From Planctomycetota bacterium (GTDB lineage Bacteria; Planctomycetota; UBA11346), in NCBI GenBank assembly GCA_038231435.1, contig JBBRLJ010000029.1, forward strand, positions 10,706 to 74,705: a DNA stretch of 64,000 nucleotides, given 5' to 3'. A program made the translations under genes and the position numbers. The notes under the pieces are model-generated. The model searched no databases. It saw only the letters and a program-made list of their open reading frames with translations, and had not been told where the DNA came from. Shown here piece by piece: positions 1 to 9,257 of this stretch. The stretch's first letter is position 1. Every line of letters begins with the position of its first letter.

Positions 1-1030
1 CGCCATCCTCGTCATCGGCGAGCTTCGCCAGCGCCGCGACCGTCTCCTCGCCGGCGAAGAACACGCGCGAGCAAGCCTTGGCCAAGGCGAGCCTCGCCGG
101 CGTCTCCTTCGCCTTGACGGCGTGCGAGGCCGCCATCCAGCCATAGGCGCCGCCGATGCGCACGATCTCGTTCCAGGTCTCGGGCTTCGAGAACGCGGCG
201 CCGGTCTTGTCGGCGATCACCTGCTTCAGCCATTTCACATCCTGGTCGGGCAACGCCACCTGCTTGTGCCGGAGCGCATCGATCCACATCGCTACGTCGC
301 GCCGCAGCGGTACATTGGGGAAGAAGCTGCCGTGATCGGCATCGTGGATCTCGCGATAGACGCAGCGGAAACCCTGGCCCATCAGGCTGCGGCGGAACTC
401 GCGCGAGGCATTGACGCTGCAGGTCGGATCGGCGTCGCCATGGATGATATAATACTCGAGCATCGAGGTAGCGGGATCCTTGCCGCCGGGGATCAGCAGC
501 CCGTACCCGCTCATGGGCGCCGCGCCCGCAAACACGTCGGGATGTGAGCCAGCGAACCATGCGGTCATGTGCCCGCCGTTCGAATGCCCCCACGCGAAGA
601 CGCGCCGCTGGTCGATGGGATACACGGTCTTGAGCCAGTCGACGAACTGCATCAAGGCACCGTCGTCTCCGTCGGCCCAGCCGTTGCCCATCGACTTGCC
701 CCCGGCAACAACGTAGTCCTGATCGAGCCCATCCTCTTGGGTGGCGATATGGGCGTAAGTGGTGAGGTTGTTCTCATCCGAATTGAGGCCGTGGAACGCG
801 ACTATCAGGCCGAGGGTCTTCTTCTCGGGGAGCTTGGTGGGAGCAAACACCCGGTAGCGCATCACCAGCGAGTTCTTGATCGGGTGCTTGAGTTCGCCCT
901 TGGAATCCCCAGGGGCCCCAGCCGGAGACTTGCTCCAGTCGATGACCTCATAGGTAGGCTTGGCGTCACCGGCCGTGAGCGACGCGGACAGGGCAACGAG
1001 CAGGGCTATCAACAGGATGGGCAGGCGCAT
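1..1030 (-). CDS. Secreted alpha/beta-hydrolase (esterase/PHB-depolymerase-like) with helical C-terminal extension; runs off the window edge
   Basis: Not in the ORF track; translated by hand from ATG at 1030: signal peptide MRLPILLIALLVALSASLTA, IVAFHG, YPIDQRRVFAWGHSNGG (GxSxG nucleophile elbow), IIHGDAD, DADHG; no stop before position 1. Confidence 0.85.
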   Translation of the reverse strand, partial: MRLPILLIALLVALSASLTAGDAKPTYEVIDWSKSPAGAPGDSKGELKHPIKNSLVMRYRVFAPTKLPEKKTLGLIVAFHGLNSDENNLTTYAHIATQEDGLDQDYVVAGGKSMGNGWADGDDGALMQFVDWLKTVYPIDQRRVFAWGHSNGGHMTAWFAGSHPDVFAGAAPMSGYGLLIPGGKDPATSMLEYYIIHGDADPTCSVNASREFRRSLMGQGFRCVYREIHDADHGSFFPNVPLRRDVAMWIDALRHKQVALPDQDVKWLKQVIADKTGAAFSKPETWNEIVRIGGAYGWMAASHAVKAKETPARLALAKACSRVFFAGEETVAALAKLADDEDG

Positions 1031-1132
1031 GGGTTCCCCGAGCATGCACACCATACCCGCCAAGCTCCTCGCCGTTGCCCTGCCCGCGAAAAATGGACAT
1101 GAGCCGGTGGGACGGGCTCTCAACGCGCTACT

Positions 1133-3472
1133 TCAAAGCCCTGCTATGGGCAGGCGGACGATGAAGGTCGTCCCCGCGCCCACCTCGGACTCGAACTGGA
1201 GGCTGCCATGATGCCTGTCCACGATCGCACGGGAGATGTGCAATCCCTGCCCCGTACCGCTTTCCGGCGATTTGGTGGTGAAGAATGGCCTGAAGATCAT
1301 TCCGCGATTGGCTGGAGCGATGCCCGGCCCGGTATCCCGTACCCGGATCTCCACCGCATCCCCGTCCCTCCGTGTCGATATGGTGATGGTGCCGCGGCAG
1401 CCCCCCGGCGTTGCACCCGCGATCGCCTGAGCGGCGTTGACGATCAGGTTGAGGAACACCTGGTTGATCTCGCCCACCACGCACACCACCGGCGGGAGAT
1501 CGGCAGCGAATTCGGTGGCCACGTCGGCAGTGTATTTGTACTCGTTGGTGGCCAGCACCAGGGTGTTTTCGAGCTCGCGATTGATGTTGGCCGCATGCGT
1601 GGCCTTGGTCTCGGGATGCGTGAAGCGCTTCATAGCGGCGACGATCGCGGCGATGCGGTCGAGGCCATCGGCGGACTGGGACATGGCCTTCGGGATCTCT
1701 TCCAAGAGGAATCCCATGTCCGACTCGCGCTCGAGTTCAGCCATCGACGACGCTGCATTACCGCCAATCATCCCAAGACTTCCGCGGTAGGCGGTCAGCA
1801 CCCTCGCCAAGCTGGCGAAGGCATCGCGCAGGAAAACCAGATTGTCACCAACGAATTGGACGGGCGTGTTGATCTCGTGCGCCACGCCCGCGGCGATCTG
1901 CCCGATCGACTCCATCTTCTGACTCTTCAGCAGCAGTTTCTCCAGCGAGCGTCGCTCGGTGACGTCGACTGCGAGGAGCAGGAACCCTTTACACTCTCCG
2001 CTATCTCCGCGGCTCGGATTGATGACCAAGGATAGCATGCCGCCGCTGCCGTCTGGGCGGAAATACGGGACGTCGCAGTCGATCGAGCGCTCACCGGATA
2101 TCGCCTGCGCGATGGTCTGATCCACGCGCTCGTCGTCCCAGTGGATCGCGCACGCGCGCAATGGTTTGGCCAGGACCATCCTCGACTCCACGCCAAAGGC
2201 CTGGGCGGCTGCATCGTTCCAGCGGATGACGCCACCATGGCGATCGACTCCGATGAGAATGGTGGAGATGGCCGACAACAGGCGGTCGCATTCCGCGTGC
2301 GCCTTGAGGATGGCGGCGTCGGCCTTCTTGCGTTGCGATATGTCCTCGATCACGGTCATGAAATAGCCGGCTGATCCAGGAGCCGGACCGACCACCGACG
2401 AACGCAACTGGACCCACACGAAAGTGCCGTCTTTTCGCACGTAGCGCTTCTCGGTCTCGTAGGTCGATATCTCTCCCATCGCCATCCTGCGCGCGTTTTC
2501 GCGGCTAGCCTCCACGTCGTCCGGATGGGTGAGATCTGCGAAATGTCTGACGTACATCTCGATCGGCAGGTACCCCAGAATGTCGCACAGCTTCTGGTTC
2601 ACGAGCAGGAATCGCCCATTGGTGGAGACCAGCGCCACCCCGACAGCCGCCTGCTCGAATGCCGCGCTGAAACGTCGTTCACTCTCGCGGAGCGCATTCT
2701 CGGTGCTCTTCTGCGAGGTAACGTCGCGCATCACCGCGACGCTGCCGATGGGACGGCGATTCTCGTCCACCTGCGCCATCACCGAAGATTCGAGGTGGAG
2801 TTCACGTCCGTATCTGGTGACCACGAGGTTGTCGCCGCGCCAGCGGCCGGTCTCGGCGAGCATCGAGAGCGCGCGCTCTTCATTCTCTCGTCCTAGCCAA
2901 CTGAACTGGACGAGTTCGACAAGGCTGTGCCCAACAGCATCGTCGACCGCGATGCCGAACAGGCGCTCTGCGGCGGCGTTCCAGTAAGTGACCTTCCATT
3001 CCACGTCCAGGCCGAGCACGGCATCGTTGACCTGCGCGAGCATCCGCGCCTCGTCGTCGATTCTCGCCTCGACCTTGCGGAACCTGGTCACGTCGACGGC
3101 CAGGACCAGCCGAGCCTGACGGCCGCGGAAGACGATGTCCTCGGTGGAAATGTCTACCACGATCTGCCCACCGCCACGGGTCAGGTGTACCCAGGTTCCC
3201 GCGTAGCTCGCTGACGTCCTGCTGGCGCCGACCGCCAGCTGCAACGCGCAACGATCGGCAGGCGGTCGTATATCGGCGATGCTCATGGCGAGGAACTCGT
3301 CGCGCGAATACCCGTAATGCCGGATGGCCGCCAGATTGACCGCCAAGAACGCCAGCGTCTCGATGTCGAATATCCACATGGAATGTGGATTGCGCTCGAA
3401 GAGCAGGCCTGACGTGCCATCCGGAAACGCCAGTCCGCTCTCGTTACCCAGCGATGGCGATGAGGGTTCCAC
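1133..3472 (-). CDS. Cytoplasmic multi-PAS sensor histidine kinase (4 PAS/PAC, HisKA, HATPase)
   Basis: PAS motifs ([47 protein letters not shown]); H-box [10 protein letters not shown]-box [11 protein letters not shown] boxes DTGPG, PFFTTK, GTGQGL. Confidence 0.93.
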   Translation of the reverse strand: MEPSSPSLGNESGLAFPDGTSGLLFERNPHSMWIFDIETLAFLAVNLAAIRHYGYSRDEFLAMSIADIRPPADRCALQLAVGASRTSASYAGTWVHLTRGGGQIVVDISTEDIVFRGRQARLVLAVDVTRFRKVEARIDDEARMLAQVNDAVLGLDVEWKVTYWNAAAERLFGIAVDDAVGHSLVELVQFSWLGRENEERALSMLAETGRWRGDNLVVTRYGRELHLESSVMAQVDENRRPIGSVAVMRDVTSQKSTENALRESERRFSAAFEQAAVGVALVSTNGRFLLVNQKLCDILGYLPIEMYVRHFADLTHPDDVEASRENARRMAMGEISTYETEKRYVRKDGTFVWVQLRSSVVGPAPGSAGYFMTVIEDISQRKKADAAILKAHAECDRLLSAISTILIGVDRHGGVIRWNDAAAQAFGVESRMVLAKPLRACAIHWDDERVDQTIAQAISGERSIDCDVPYFRPDGSGGMLSLVINPSRGDSGECKGFLLLAVDVTERRSLEKLLLKSQKMESIGQIAAGVAHEINTPVQFVGDNLVFLRDAFASLARVLTAYRGSLGMIGGNAASSMAELERESDMGFLLEEIPKAMSQSADGLDRIAAIVAAMKRFTHPETKATHAANINRELENTLVLATNEYKYTADVATEFAADLPPVVCVVGEINQVFLNLIVNAAQAIAGATPGGCRGTITISTRRDGDAVEIRVRDTGPGIAPANRGMIFRPFFTTKSPESGTGQGLHISRAIVDRHHGSLQFESEVGAGTTFIVRLPIAGL

Positions 3473-3651
3473 AGTCTACCGAGGGAGTATACCCCGGGGA
3501 TCCCTGGCCTACGACCTCGGCTCGTCTACCCGCTCGAGCCATGGATGTCATGCCACGTCAGATCGAAAACGCGTGCGCCTGGACTGCTAACACTGTATCA
3601 GACTAGGCTTGGGTCTGCGACAGGCCGTTCATCACGCTCGCCCGCGGGCGC

Positions 3652-5136
3652 TCAGGTTCCCAGCCCCAGCCGCGTGAACTGTTCCGGTGGAGCCTCGCCC
3701 CGCCGCATGCCATCCATGAGATGGTCGATCATCATGCGCTCGATGCGCGGATCGGAGAGCGGGCATTGCTGGGAGTAATCGTCGTCGAGATCGAACAGTC
3801 TGGTGTCGAGTTCCTCGATCCACGAGCCCGTGCGGCCAGGTACGCGCATGACGGCGCAGCCCTTGGTGAAGGCAAATCCCGGGTGCCGTTCCCAGCCAGC
3901 GAGCTCGCTGGGCGAAAACCGGTCGCGCATGTGGGTCGGCATCAAGGTGTAGTTCGACAACGGGCCGTTCTCAGCGCCGGCGGGACCGCGCATGTACACG
4001 TAGCGTCCATCGGTGACGTTGACGTGTCCGCCGTGGATGCCATAGAGCGCCGCGACCCGCACCCGCGCATCGCTCTCGATGACGTGGCGCAAGGGCATCC
4101 CCATCATGTCCGGCGGGATCGGCTGGCCGAAGAACTCGAGCAGCGTCGGCGCGAGATCGATGGTCTGGACCAGCGCGCCGCGCCGCTCGCCGTGAGCCGA
4201 GCAGCGCGGATCCCAGATCCACATGGGGATGTGGGCGATCTCTTGGTAAAACGGCATGCGGCACTTCGCCCACCAATCGTGCTCGCCCATCAGGAAGCCG
4301 TGATCGGTGTTGACGATCAGCATCGTGTCCTTCCACAGGTCGAGCTCATCCATCAGGTCGAGCACGCGGCCGAGGTGGTGGTCGCACATCGACACCAGCG
4401 CTGCGTACATGCGCTGGATATGCAGCGTGGCTTCGCCTCCTTCGGTAACTCGCTCATAGACTGGCCAATCGAATTGCGGCCCTTCCCAGGCGTGGGGATA
4501 CAGATCCTGGTAATGCGATTGCGTGAAAAACGGTTCGTGCGGATCGAAGGTCTCGATCTGGCAGAACCAGTCGTCGAATCCCCGGTTCTGGCGGATGAAC
4601 TCGAGACCCTTGGTAAAAGTGATGTGCTGCGGCTGATCCTCCTCGCGGCGCTGGTGCTGGCGGTTGATGCAGTCCTGGCGTCGGCTGTGGCGTCCTCCAG
4701 CCGGACGCTCGCGCGGCACGGGGACGAGCAGCGGCGGAGTATCGACCGGTCCCGCCCAGCCGACGTACGGGTCCCCTTCCTGCCCGCGCACGAATTCGAA
4801 GCTCGAGTAGCGGCCGTGGTAGGTGGCTCCGCCATCCTCCCAGTAGTGCTGATGGTCGGTTACCTTGTGGGTGTGGATGCCGGCGTTGCGCAGCAATTCG
4901 GGCATCGAATCGTCGAACGGCTCCAGCGGACCCCACGAGCGGTGTAGGAAGTTGTAGCGACCGGTATGGATCTCGCGCCGTGCAGGCATGCATGGCATCG
5001 AACCGACGTAGCACTGGTCGAACTGGACACTGCGCGCGGCCAGGCGAGTGAAGTTCGGGGCGATCACCCAGCTGTTGCCGTAGGGCGGCAGGAAGCGTCG
5101 GCACAGGGTATCGAACATGACCATGATGGCGCGCAT
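3652..5136 (-). CDS. Sulfatase (formylglycine-dependent, Cys-type)
   Basis: Start trimmed to MRAIMVMFDTL; sulfatase motif GSMPCMPARREIHTG (CxPxR), DPHEPF, TDHG. Confidence 0.9.
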   Translation of the reverse strand: MRAIMVMFDTLCRRFLPPYGNSWVIAPNFTRLAARSVQFDQCYVGSMPCMPARREIHTGRYNFLHRSWGPLEPFDDSMPELLRNAGIHTHKVTDHQHYWEDGGATYHGRYSSFEFVRGQEGDPYVGWAGPVDTPPLLVPVPRERPAGGRHSRRQDCINRQHQRREEDQPQHITFTKGLEFIRQNRGFDDWFCQIETFDPHEPFFTQSHYQDLYPHAWEGPQFDWPVYERVTEGGEATLHIQRMYAALVSMCDHHLGRVLDLMDELDLWKDTMLIVNTDHGFLMGEHDWWAKCRMPFYQEIAHIPMWIWDPRCSAHGERRGALVQTIDLAPTLLEFFGQPIPPDMMGMPLRHVIESDARVRVAALYGIHGGHVNVTDGRYVYMRGPAGAENGPLSNYTLMPTHMRDRFSPSELAGWERHPGFAFTKGCAVMRVPGRTGSWIEELDTRLFDLDDDYSQQCPLSDPRIERMMIDHLMDGMRRGEAPPEQFTRLGLGT

Positions 5137-5208
5137 GGCGATCAGCATCCGCTCAAGCGCGAGACGGCCATGCCCTGGACCAGCCATAATTTGCACCAGA
5201 ATGACCGC

Positions 5209-6045
5209 ATGGGTACAGATGCATCCTGGGACGCATGGCTGGGCGGTCTCGCCGATCCCAGCCGCCGGTTGGACGTCCAGGGCTTCGGGCGGGTCCACGC
5301 CGAGCACTGGGACATGGGCCGCCGCGTACTACCCGAGCACATGTTGCACTTCGTGCTGGCTGGTGGCCATGTGGGAACCGTTGGCGAAGCGGGTGGCACG
5401 CGGAGCGACGAGCTGCGCACCCGCCGCCACTCGCTTGTGTGGATCCCGCCCGGCATCCGCCAGGAGTTGCGCAAGAACCGGGAGCGGGTGTTCTCGAAAT
5501 TCTATATCCGTTTCACTGTCGCGGGGCTCGCGCACCCGCCGGTGGAACCGCGCGTCAGGCACGATCTCGCCGAGGCGCTCCCCCTCTTCACCAGGCTCTA
5601 CGACGAATGCAGTGCCCAACTGCCGGGCCGCGAACATTCCATCCGCGCGCTGCTGGTGCTGATCTTCGGCGAGTGGCGACGCGCTTCACGCAGCCATGAC
5701 GCCCTCCTCGACGAGCGGCAGCGCGAACGCCTGCTGGCGCGCATCGACCGGGATCCGGCAACGCGGCTGCATCCGGCGACCTTGGCGCGCGAGCTCAGCA
5801 TGGCGCCGACGTGGTTTTCCCGCCTCTTCCGCCGGACCTTCGGCGCGGCGCCGCGCGTCTGGCTGGTGCGCCACCGCATCCAGCTCGCCGCGCAGCGGCT
5901 GCTCGAGATCCCATCGCCGGTCAGCGTGGTCGCTGGGGAATTCGGTTACCCGGACGTGTTCCTATTCAGCCGTCAATTCAAGGCGGTGATGGGCATGAGC
6001 CCGCTCGCATGGCGCCGGCTTCAGTCCCGGGATCGGCGACGGTAG
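5209..6045 (+). CDS. AraC-family transcriptional regulator, divergent from the sulfatase
   Basis: Cupin-like N-terminus; double HTH LARELSMAPTWFSRLFRRTFG...VAGEFGYPDVFLFSRQFKAVMGMSP; start trimmed to ATG 5209. Confidence 0.9.
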   Translation: MGTDASWDAWLGGLADPSRRLDVQGFGRVHAEHWDMGRRVLPEHMLHFVLAGGHVGTVGEAGGTRSDELRTRRHSLVWIPPGIRQELRKNRERVFSKFYIRFTVAGLAHPPVEPRVRHDLAEALPLFTRLYDECSAQLPGREHSIRALLVLIFGEWRRASRSHDALLDERQRERLLARIDRDPATRLHPATLARELSMAPTWFSRLFRRTFGAAPRVWLVRHRIQLAAQRLLEIPSPVSVVAGEFGYPDVFLFSRQFKAVMGMSPLAWRRLQSRDRRR

Positions 6046-8156
6046 CCGATACCGGCGAGTGCCAAACCCAGCGACGCGGCGACGCCGACACCACAGTTGG
6101 ACTTTCCACTACCGCCAGTGCCGCTGGCGCCAGACGAACCGCTTCCAGTGCCCGTACCGCCCGCGCTTGTAGTTCCCGTACCTGTACTCGTGCCGGTACC
6201 AGCCGCCGCCGTAGTGAAGGTGCTGTCACCGGAAATGAGCAGATTGCCTGCGGCGTCGCGTGAGCGCACCCGGTAATGGTAGAGCGTCCCCGCCGCCAGC
6301 CCGCCGAGCGTGCGGCTATGGCTGGTGACCATGCCCGCCGCCAGCGCCGTGCTGCTGCCGTAAGTGGTGGAGAGGCCGAAGTCGACCTGGGTGTCCGAGC
6401 CCTCGTTGGTGGTCCATGCGATGGTGGCGCCGGATGACGTGACCCCGCTGCTGGCGATCGCGCTCGCCACCGGAGGGGTGGTGTCGGCGATGATGGTGAA
6501 GGTGCGGGTGGCTGATGTACCGCCGCCAGGCGCCGCGATCACGACCGCCAGGCTCGGAGATCCGGGGCTGGAGAGATAGGCTGCTGGAACGGTCACGGTG
6601 AGCTGGGTGGCGGTGGCTGTCACCGCGGGCAGGTTCGTTTGCCCGCTCCACGAGACCAGCGATCCCGCGATGAAGCCGCTACCGGTGAGCGTGAGCGTGA
6701 ACGAGCCGCTGTTCTGCACCGCGGTGCCGGGATTGATCGAGGCCAAAGACGGCGCGGGATTGCCCGCGCCGCCGGACTGCACGGTGATCACCACCGCGTC
6801 GAACGCGGGACAATGCACGCCATCGCTGGCCTTGAGCATCACGGTATAGGTGCCAGCGGCGCTGAAGGTGGCGGTGGTCGAAGTCGACGACGCGCCCCCG
6901 AAGCTCATTGTGCCGGGCTGAGTCGTGAATGGGTAGACGTACCAGAGAGTGGTCAATCCACTGCCGGTGACCGTACCGGCGAGCGAAGCACCAGCGGCAA
7001 GCGTGACCGTCTGGTCGGCGCCCGCATCCGCAGTGGGCGCCCCAGCCGAACGCGGACCGGCGTTGGCAGCGGTGGCATCGATGACCTCGAAGTTGTTGAT
7101 GTCGCAGAAGCCGCTGAGGGCGCCGGTGGCGAGATGGTCGAAGCAGTTCGCTGGCCAGCGATCATCAGGGCACGCCGAGATCGAGAAGAACGAACCGTTG
7201 TCGGCGACGATCGCACCGTACTTCTTCAGCCCCAGCGCGATGGCTGTCTCCTCTTTCGTCCACGATGCGGGGATGGCGAATGACGACTTGAGGCGCAGGC
7301 GCTGACCCATCGCGGGCACGTCCACTAGCGACGTCGACCCCGCCTGGTGCGATGCCGGGTAGATGTAGGCCTGGCGCGAACGCTTGACCACGATGCGCAT
7401 GGCGTGCTCGATCATGCCGCGTTCGGCCTCGTCGTAGCGTACCAGCGCCGGAAACATCGGCAGGCCCGCCGCATCGCCGGAGGTCCAGCCGGCCGGACGC
7501 GCAGTATTGGCGACCAGACTGAATTTTGCTCCGTTGGATGCCTGCCACGCGGGCGTGAGCGTGGTCAGCTGCGTCGTCCAGGTCTCCCAGATAGAACCCA
7601 CGCCGGGCATGACGATGATCGAGTGACGATCCCCGCCGTCGCCATTGATGTCCTGCTGCCACTGCGCGTTGCTCAAGCCTGGCTGCTCCGACGGCCAGGT
7701 CTCGACCGGCATGACCGACGGCACTGGCCACAGGCCCCAGTTGGCGTTGCCGGGATCCAGGTCGTCGGACTCGCTCGCGTAGTTGAAGAAGGCGATGTCG
7801 ATCTTCGGCTGCGTGTCAGGCACCAGCACGTAGTTCATCTCCTTGAACACCACCAAGCGCTGGCGGTTCGCGTTCACCACGTCGGCGCGGATGTTGGCGA
7901 TCATGGCACCCGAGTTGGCGGCGACGGGCCGTCCGGTGATGTCCTCGTTCCAGGCGCTGTCGCGCGGCATGATCTGCATGGCCGAAACCACCGCGTCGGC
8001 GGCGCCGGTATTGAACAGGATGGGCGCCGATACCGTCGGCTGGGTACCGAGGATGCGACCATCGTGGTTGATGCGCTCGGCGCCCGCGGCGCCGCCGGCA
8101 AGAGCCGCGAGAGCGGGAACGAGCAGCGCTGGGATGAGTCGTGCGAGCATGGTCAT
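6021..8156 (-). CDS. Secreted/surface protein: uncharacterised domain X + PKD/Ig-like + IPT/TIG + Fn3-like modules + Thr/Gly linker + Cys-TM-Arg C-terminal anchor
   Basis: Signal peptide; N-terminal ~350 aa paralogous to 8187-9257; PTADAGADQTV...FSAAGTYTVMLKASDG; NPAPSLASINP...LTLTGSGF; IAWTT...LAAGTLYHYRVRSRDAAGN; ends KSNCGVGVAASLGLALAGIGYRRRSRD; RBS GGAGG upstream. Confidence 0.85.
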   Translation of the reverse strand: MTMLARLIPALLVPALAALAGGAAGAERINHDGRILGTQPTVSAPILFNTGAADAVVSAMQIMPRDSAWNEDITGRPVAANSGAMIANIRADVVNANRQRLVVFKEMNYVLVPDTQPKIDIAFFNYASESDDLDPGNANWGLWPVPSVMPVETWPSEQPGLSNAQWQQDINGDGGDRHSIIVMPGVGSIWETWTTQLTTLTPAWQASNGAKFSLVANTARPAGWTSGDAAGLPMFPALVRYDEAERGMIEHAMRIVVKRSRQAYIYPASHQAGSTSLVDVPAMGQRLRLKSSFAIPASWTKEETAIALGLKKYGAIVADNGSFFSISACPDDRWPANCFDHLATGALSGFCDINNFEVIDATAANAGPRSAGAPTADAGADQTVTLAAGASLAGTVTGSGLTTLWYVYPFTTQPGTMSFGGASSTSTTATFSAAGTYTVMLKASDGVHCPAFDAVVITVQSGGAGNPAPSLASINPGTAVQNSGSFTLTLTGSGFIAGSLVSWSGQTNLPAVTATATQLTVTVPAAYLSSPGSPSLAVVIAAPGGGTSATRTFTIIADTTPPVASAIASSGVTSSGATIAWTTNEGSDTQVDFGLSTTYGSSTALAAGMVTSHSRTLGGLAAGTLYHYRVRSRDAAGNLLISGDSTFTTAAAGTGTSTGTGTTSAGGTGTGSGSSGASGTGGSGKSNCGVGVAASLGLALAGIGYRRRSRD

Positions 8157-8186
8157 TCTCTTCCTCCGGAGCCTGCGTTCAGCGGC

Positions 8187-9257
8187 CTATTTCCTCGTAT
8201 CCGAGCCAGGCGCGCGCGGGCCTTCGTGTTCCCCGGTGGGAACCACGACTTCGAAATCCGAACCCTTCAGTTGGCGTAGCGCCTCGAGACCCTGGATGCG
8301 CTCGTCCGGCGCCACCGAGATGCGCCAATCACCGCCGTTGTCGGCCACGAACATGCCATGGGTCTTGAGCGCCTGGGCGATGGCGCGCGCGTGCTTGGGG
8401 AAACCATCGATCGCCACGGTCGCCTTGAGACGGAAACGCTCGCCCATGCGCGGCGCCGCGGCATCGGTGGTATGCCCGGCCTGGTGGGTGGCTGGATAGA
8501 CGTAGGACTTCCGCGAGGACTTGACGGTGAAGCGCAGGGCGTGATCGATCCTGCCGAGCTCGCACTCGTCGTAGCGCACGATCGCCGGGAAGATCGGCAA
8601 TCCGGCGGCGTCGGACGACGTCCAGCCCGCCGGCCGCATCTGGTTCGACGAGAGATCGAAGGTCGCCTCGCACGCCGCCTGCCAGCCGCTGTCGACGCGC
8701 CTGGCCTGGTAGAACTCGTAGAGCTTGGCGGCGAACGGGTCGACGACGATCAGATGGCGGTCGCCATCGCCGTTGCGTTGAACATTGTCGAGCGTCCCGC
8801 CATCGAGCGGCCAGCCTTCGATGGGAGCGTTTGCTGGAACCGGAAACGGCCCGGCGTCGGATTCACCGGGATAGGATACCATCGCCACCGGCACCGTGGC
8901 CTGGCGAGCCGGCACGATGACGAAGGCCATGTCCGAATTCCACGCCAGGTGGCCGCCCTCCCCGACATGGGCGACGATGCGCGCCGAGTCGGGGTGGAGC
9001 GGGCGCTTGGAGATGTCCTCGTGCCACGCGCTGGTCTTGGGGAAGATCTGCATCCCGGACAGGAGCCGGTCCGCCTGCGGCGTGTTGAAGAGGATCGGTT
9101 GCTTCACCGATTCCTTCTCCCCCGGCAGCTTCGCCGGACCGGTGACAGCATGGTCCGACGCGATCAGCGGCGTGGACGCCATGGTGAGTTGGATCGCGAT
9201 CAGCAGCGTTACCTGCGGCACGAGATGGAGCGCGGAGGTCCGAGGCGAATCGGTCAT
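8187..9257 (-). CDS. Secreted protein consisting of uncharacterised domain X
   Basis: Hydrophobic N-terminus; shares PILFNT, MQI.P..SAW.EDI, GDRH, RPAGWTS.DAAGLP.FPA.VRYDE, HA.R, P.MG.R.RLK, VADNG with 6021-8156; 4-bp overlap with the upstream gene. Confidence 0.85.
   Translation of the reverse strand: MTDSPRTSALHLVPQVTLLIAIQLTMASTPLIASDHAVTGPAKLPGEKESVKQPILFNTPQADRLLSGMQIFPKTSAWHEDISKRPLHPDSARIVAHVGEGGHLAWNSDMAFVIVPARQATVPVAMVSYPGESDAGPFPVPANAPIEGWPLDGGTLDNVQRNGDGDRHLIVVDPFAAKLYEFYQARRVDSGWQAACEATFDLSSNQMRPAGWTSSDAAGLPIFPAIVRYDECELGRIDHALRFTVKSSRKSYVYPATHQAGHTTDAAAPRMGERFRLKATVAIDGFPKHARAIAQALKTHGMFVADNGGDWRISVAPDERIQGLEALRQLKGSDFEVVVPTGEHEGPRAPGSDTRK

Noticed and set aside
12..1102. ORF-track calls 12-593, 122-547 and 569-1102
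   Set aside because: All overlap the hydrolase frame (1-1030, minus), which has a signal peptide and catalytic motifs
6021..6045. 25-nt convergent overlap where both proteins end in similar SRD/RRR residues
   Set aside because: Explained by a TCCCGGGA palindrome and Arg-codon richness; no evidence of function
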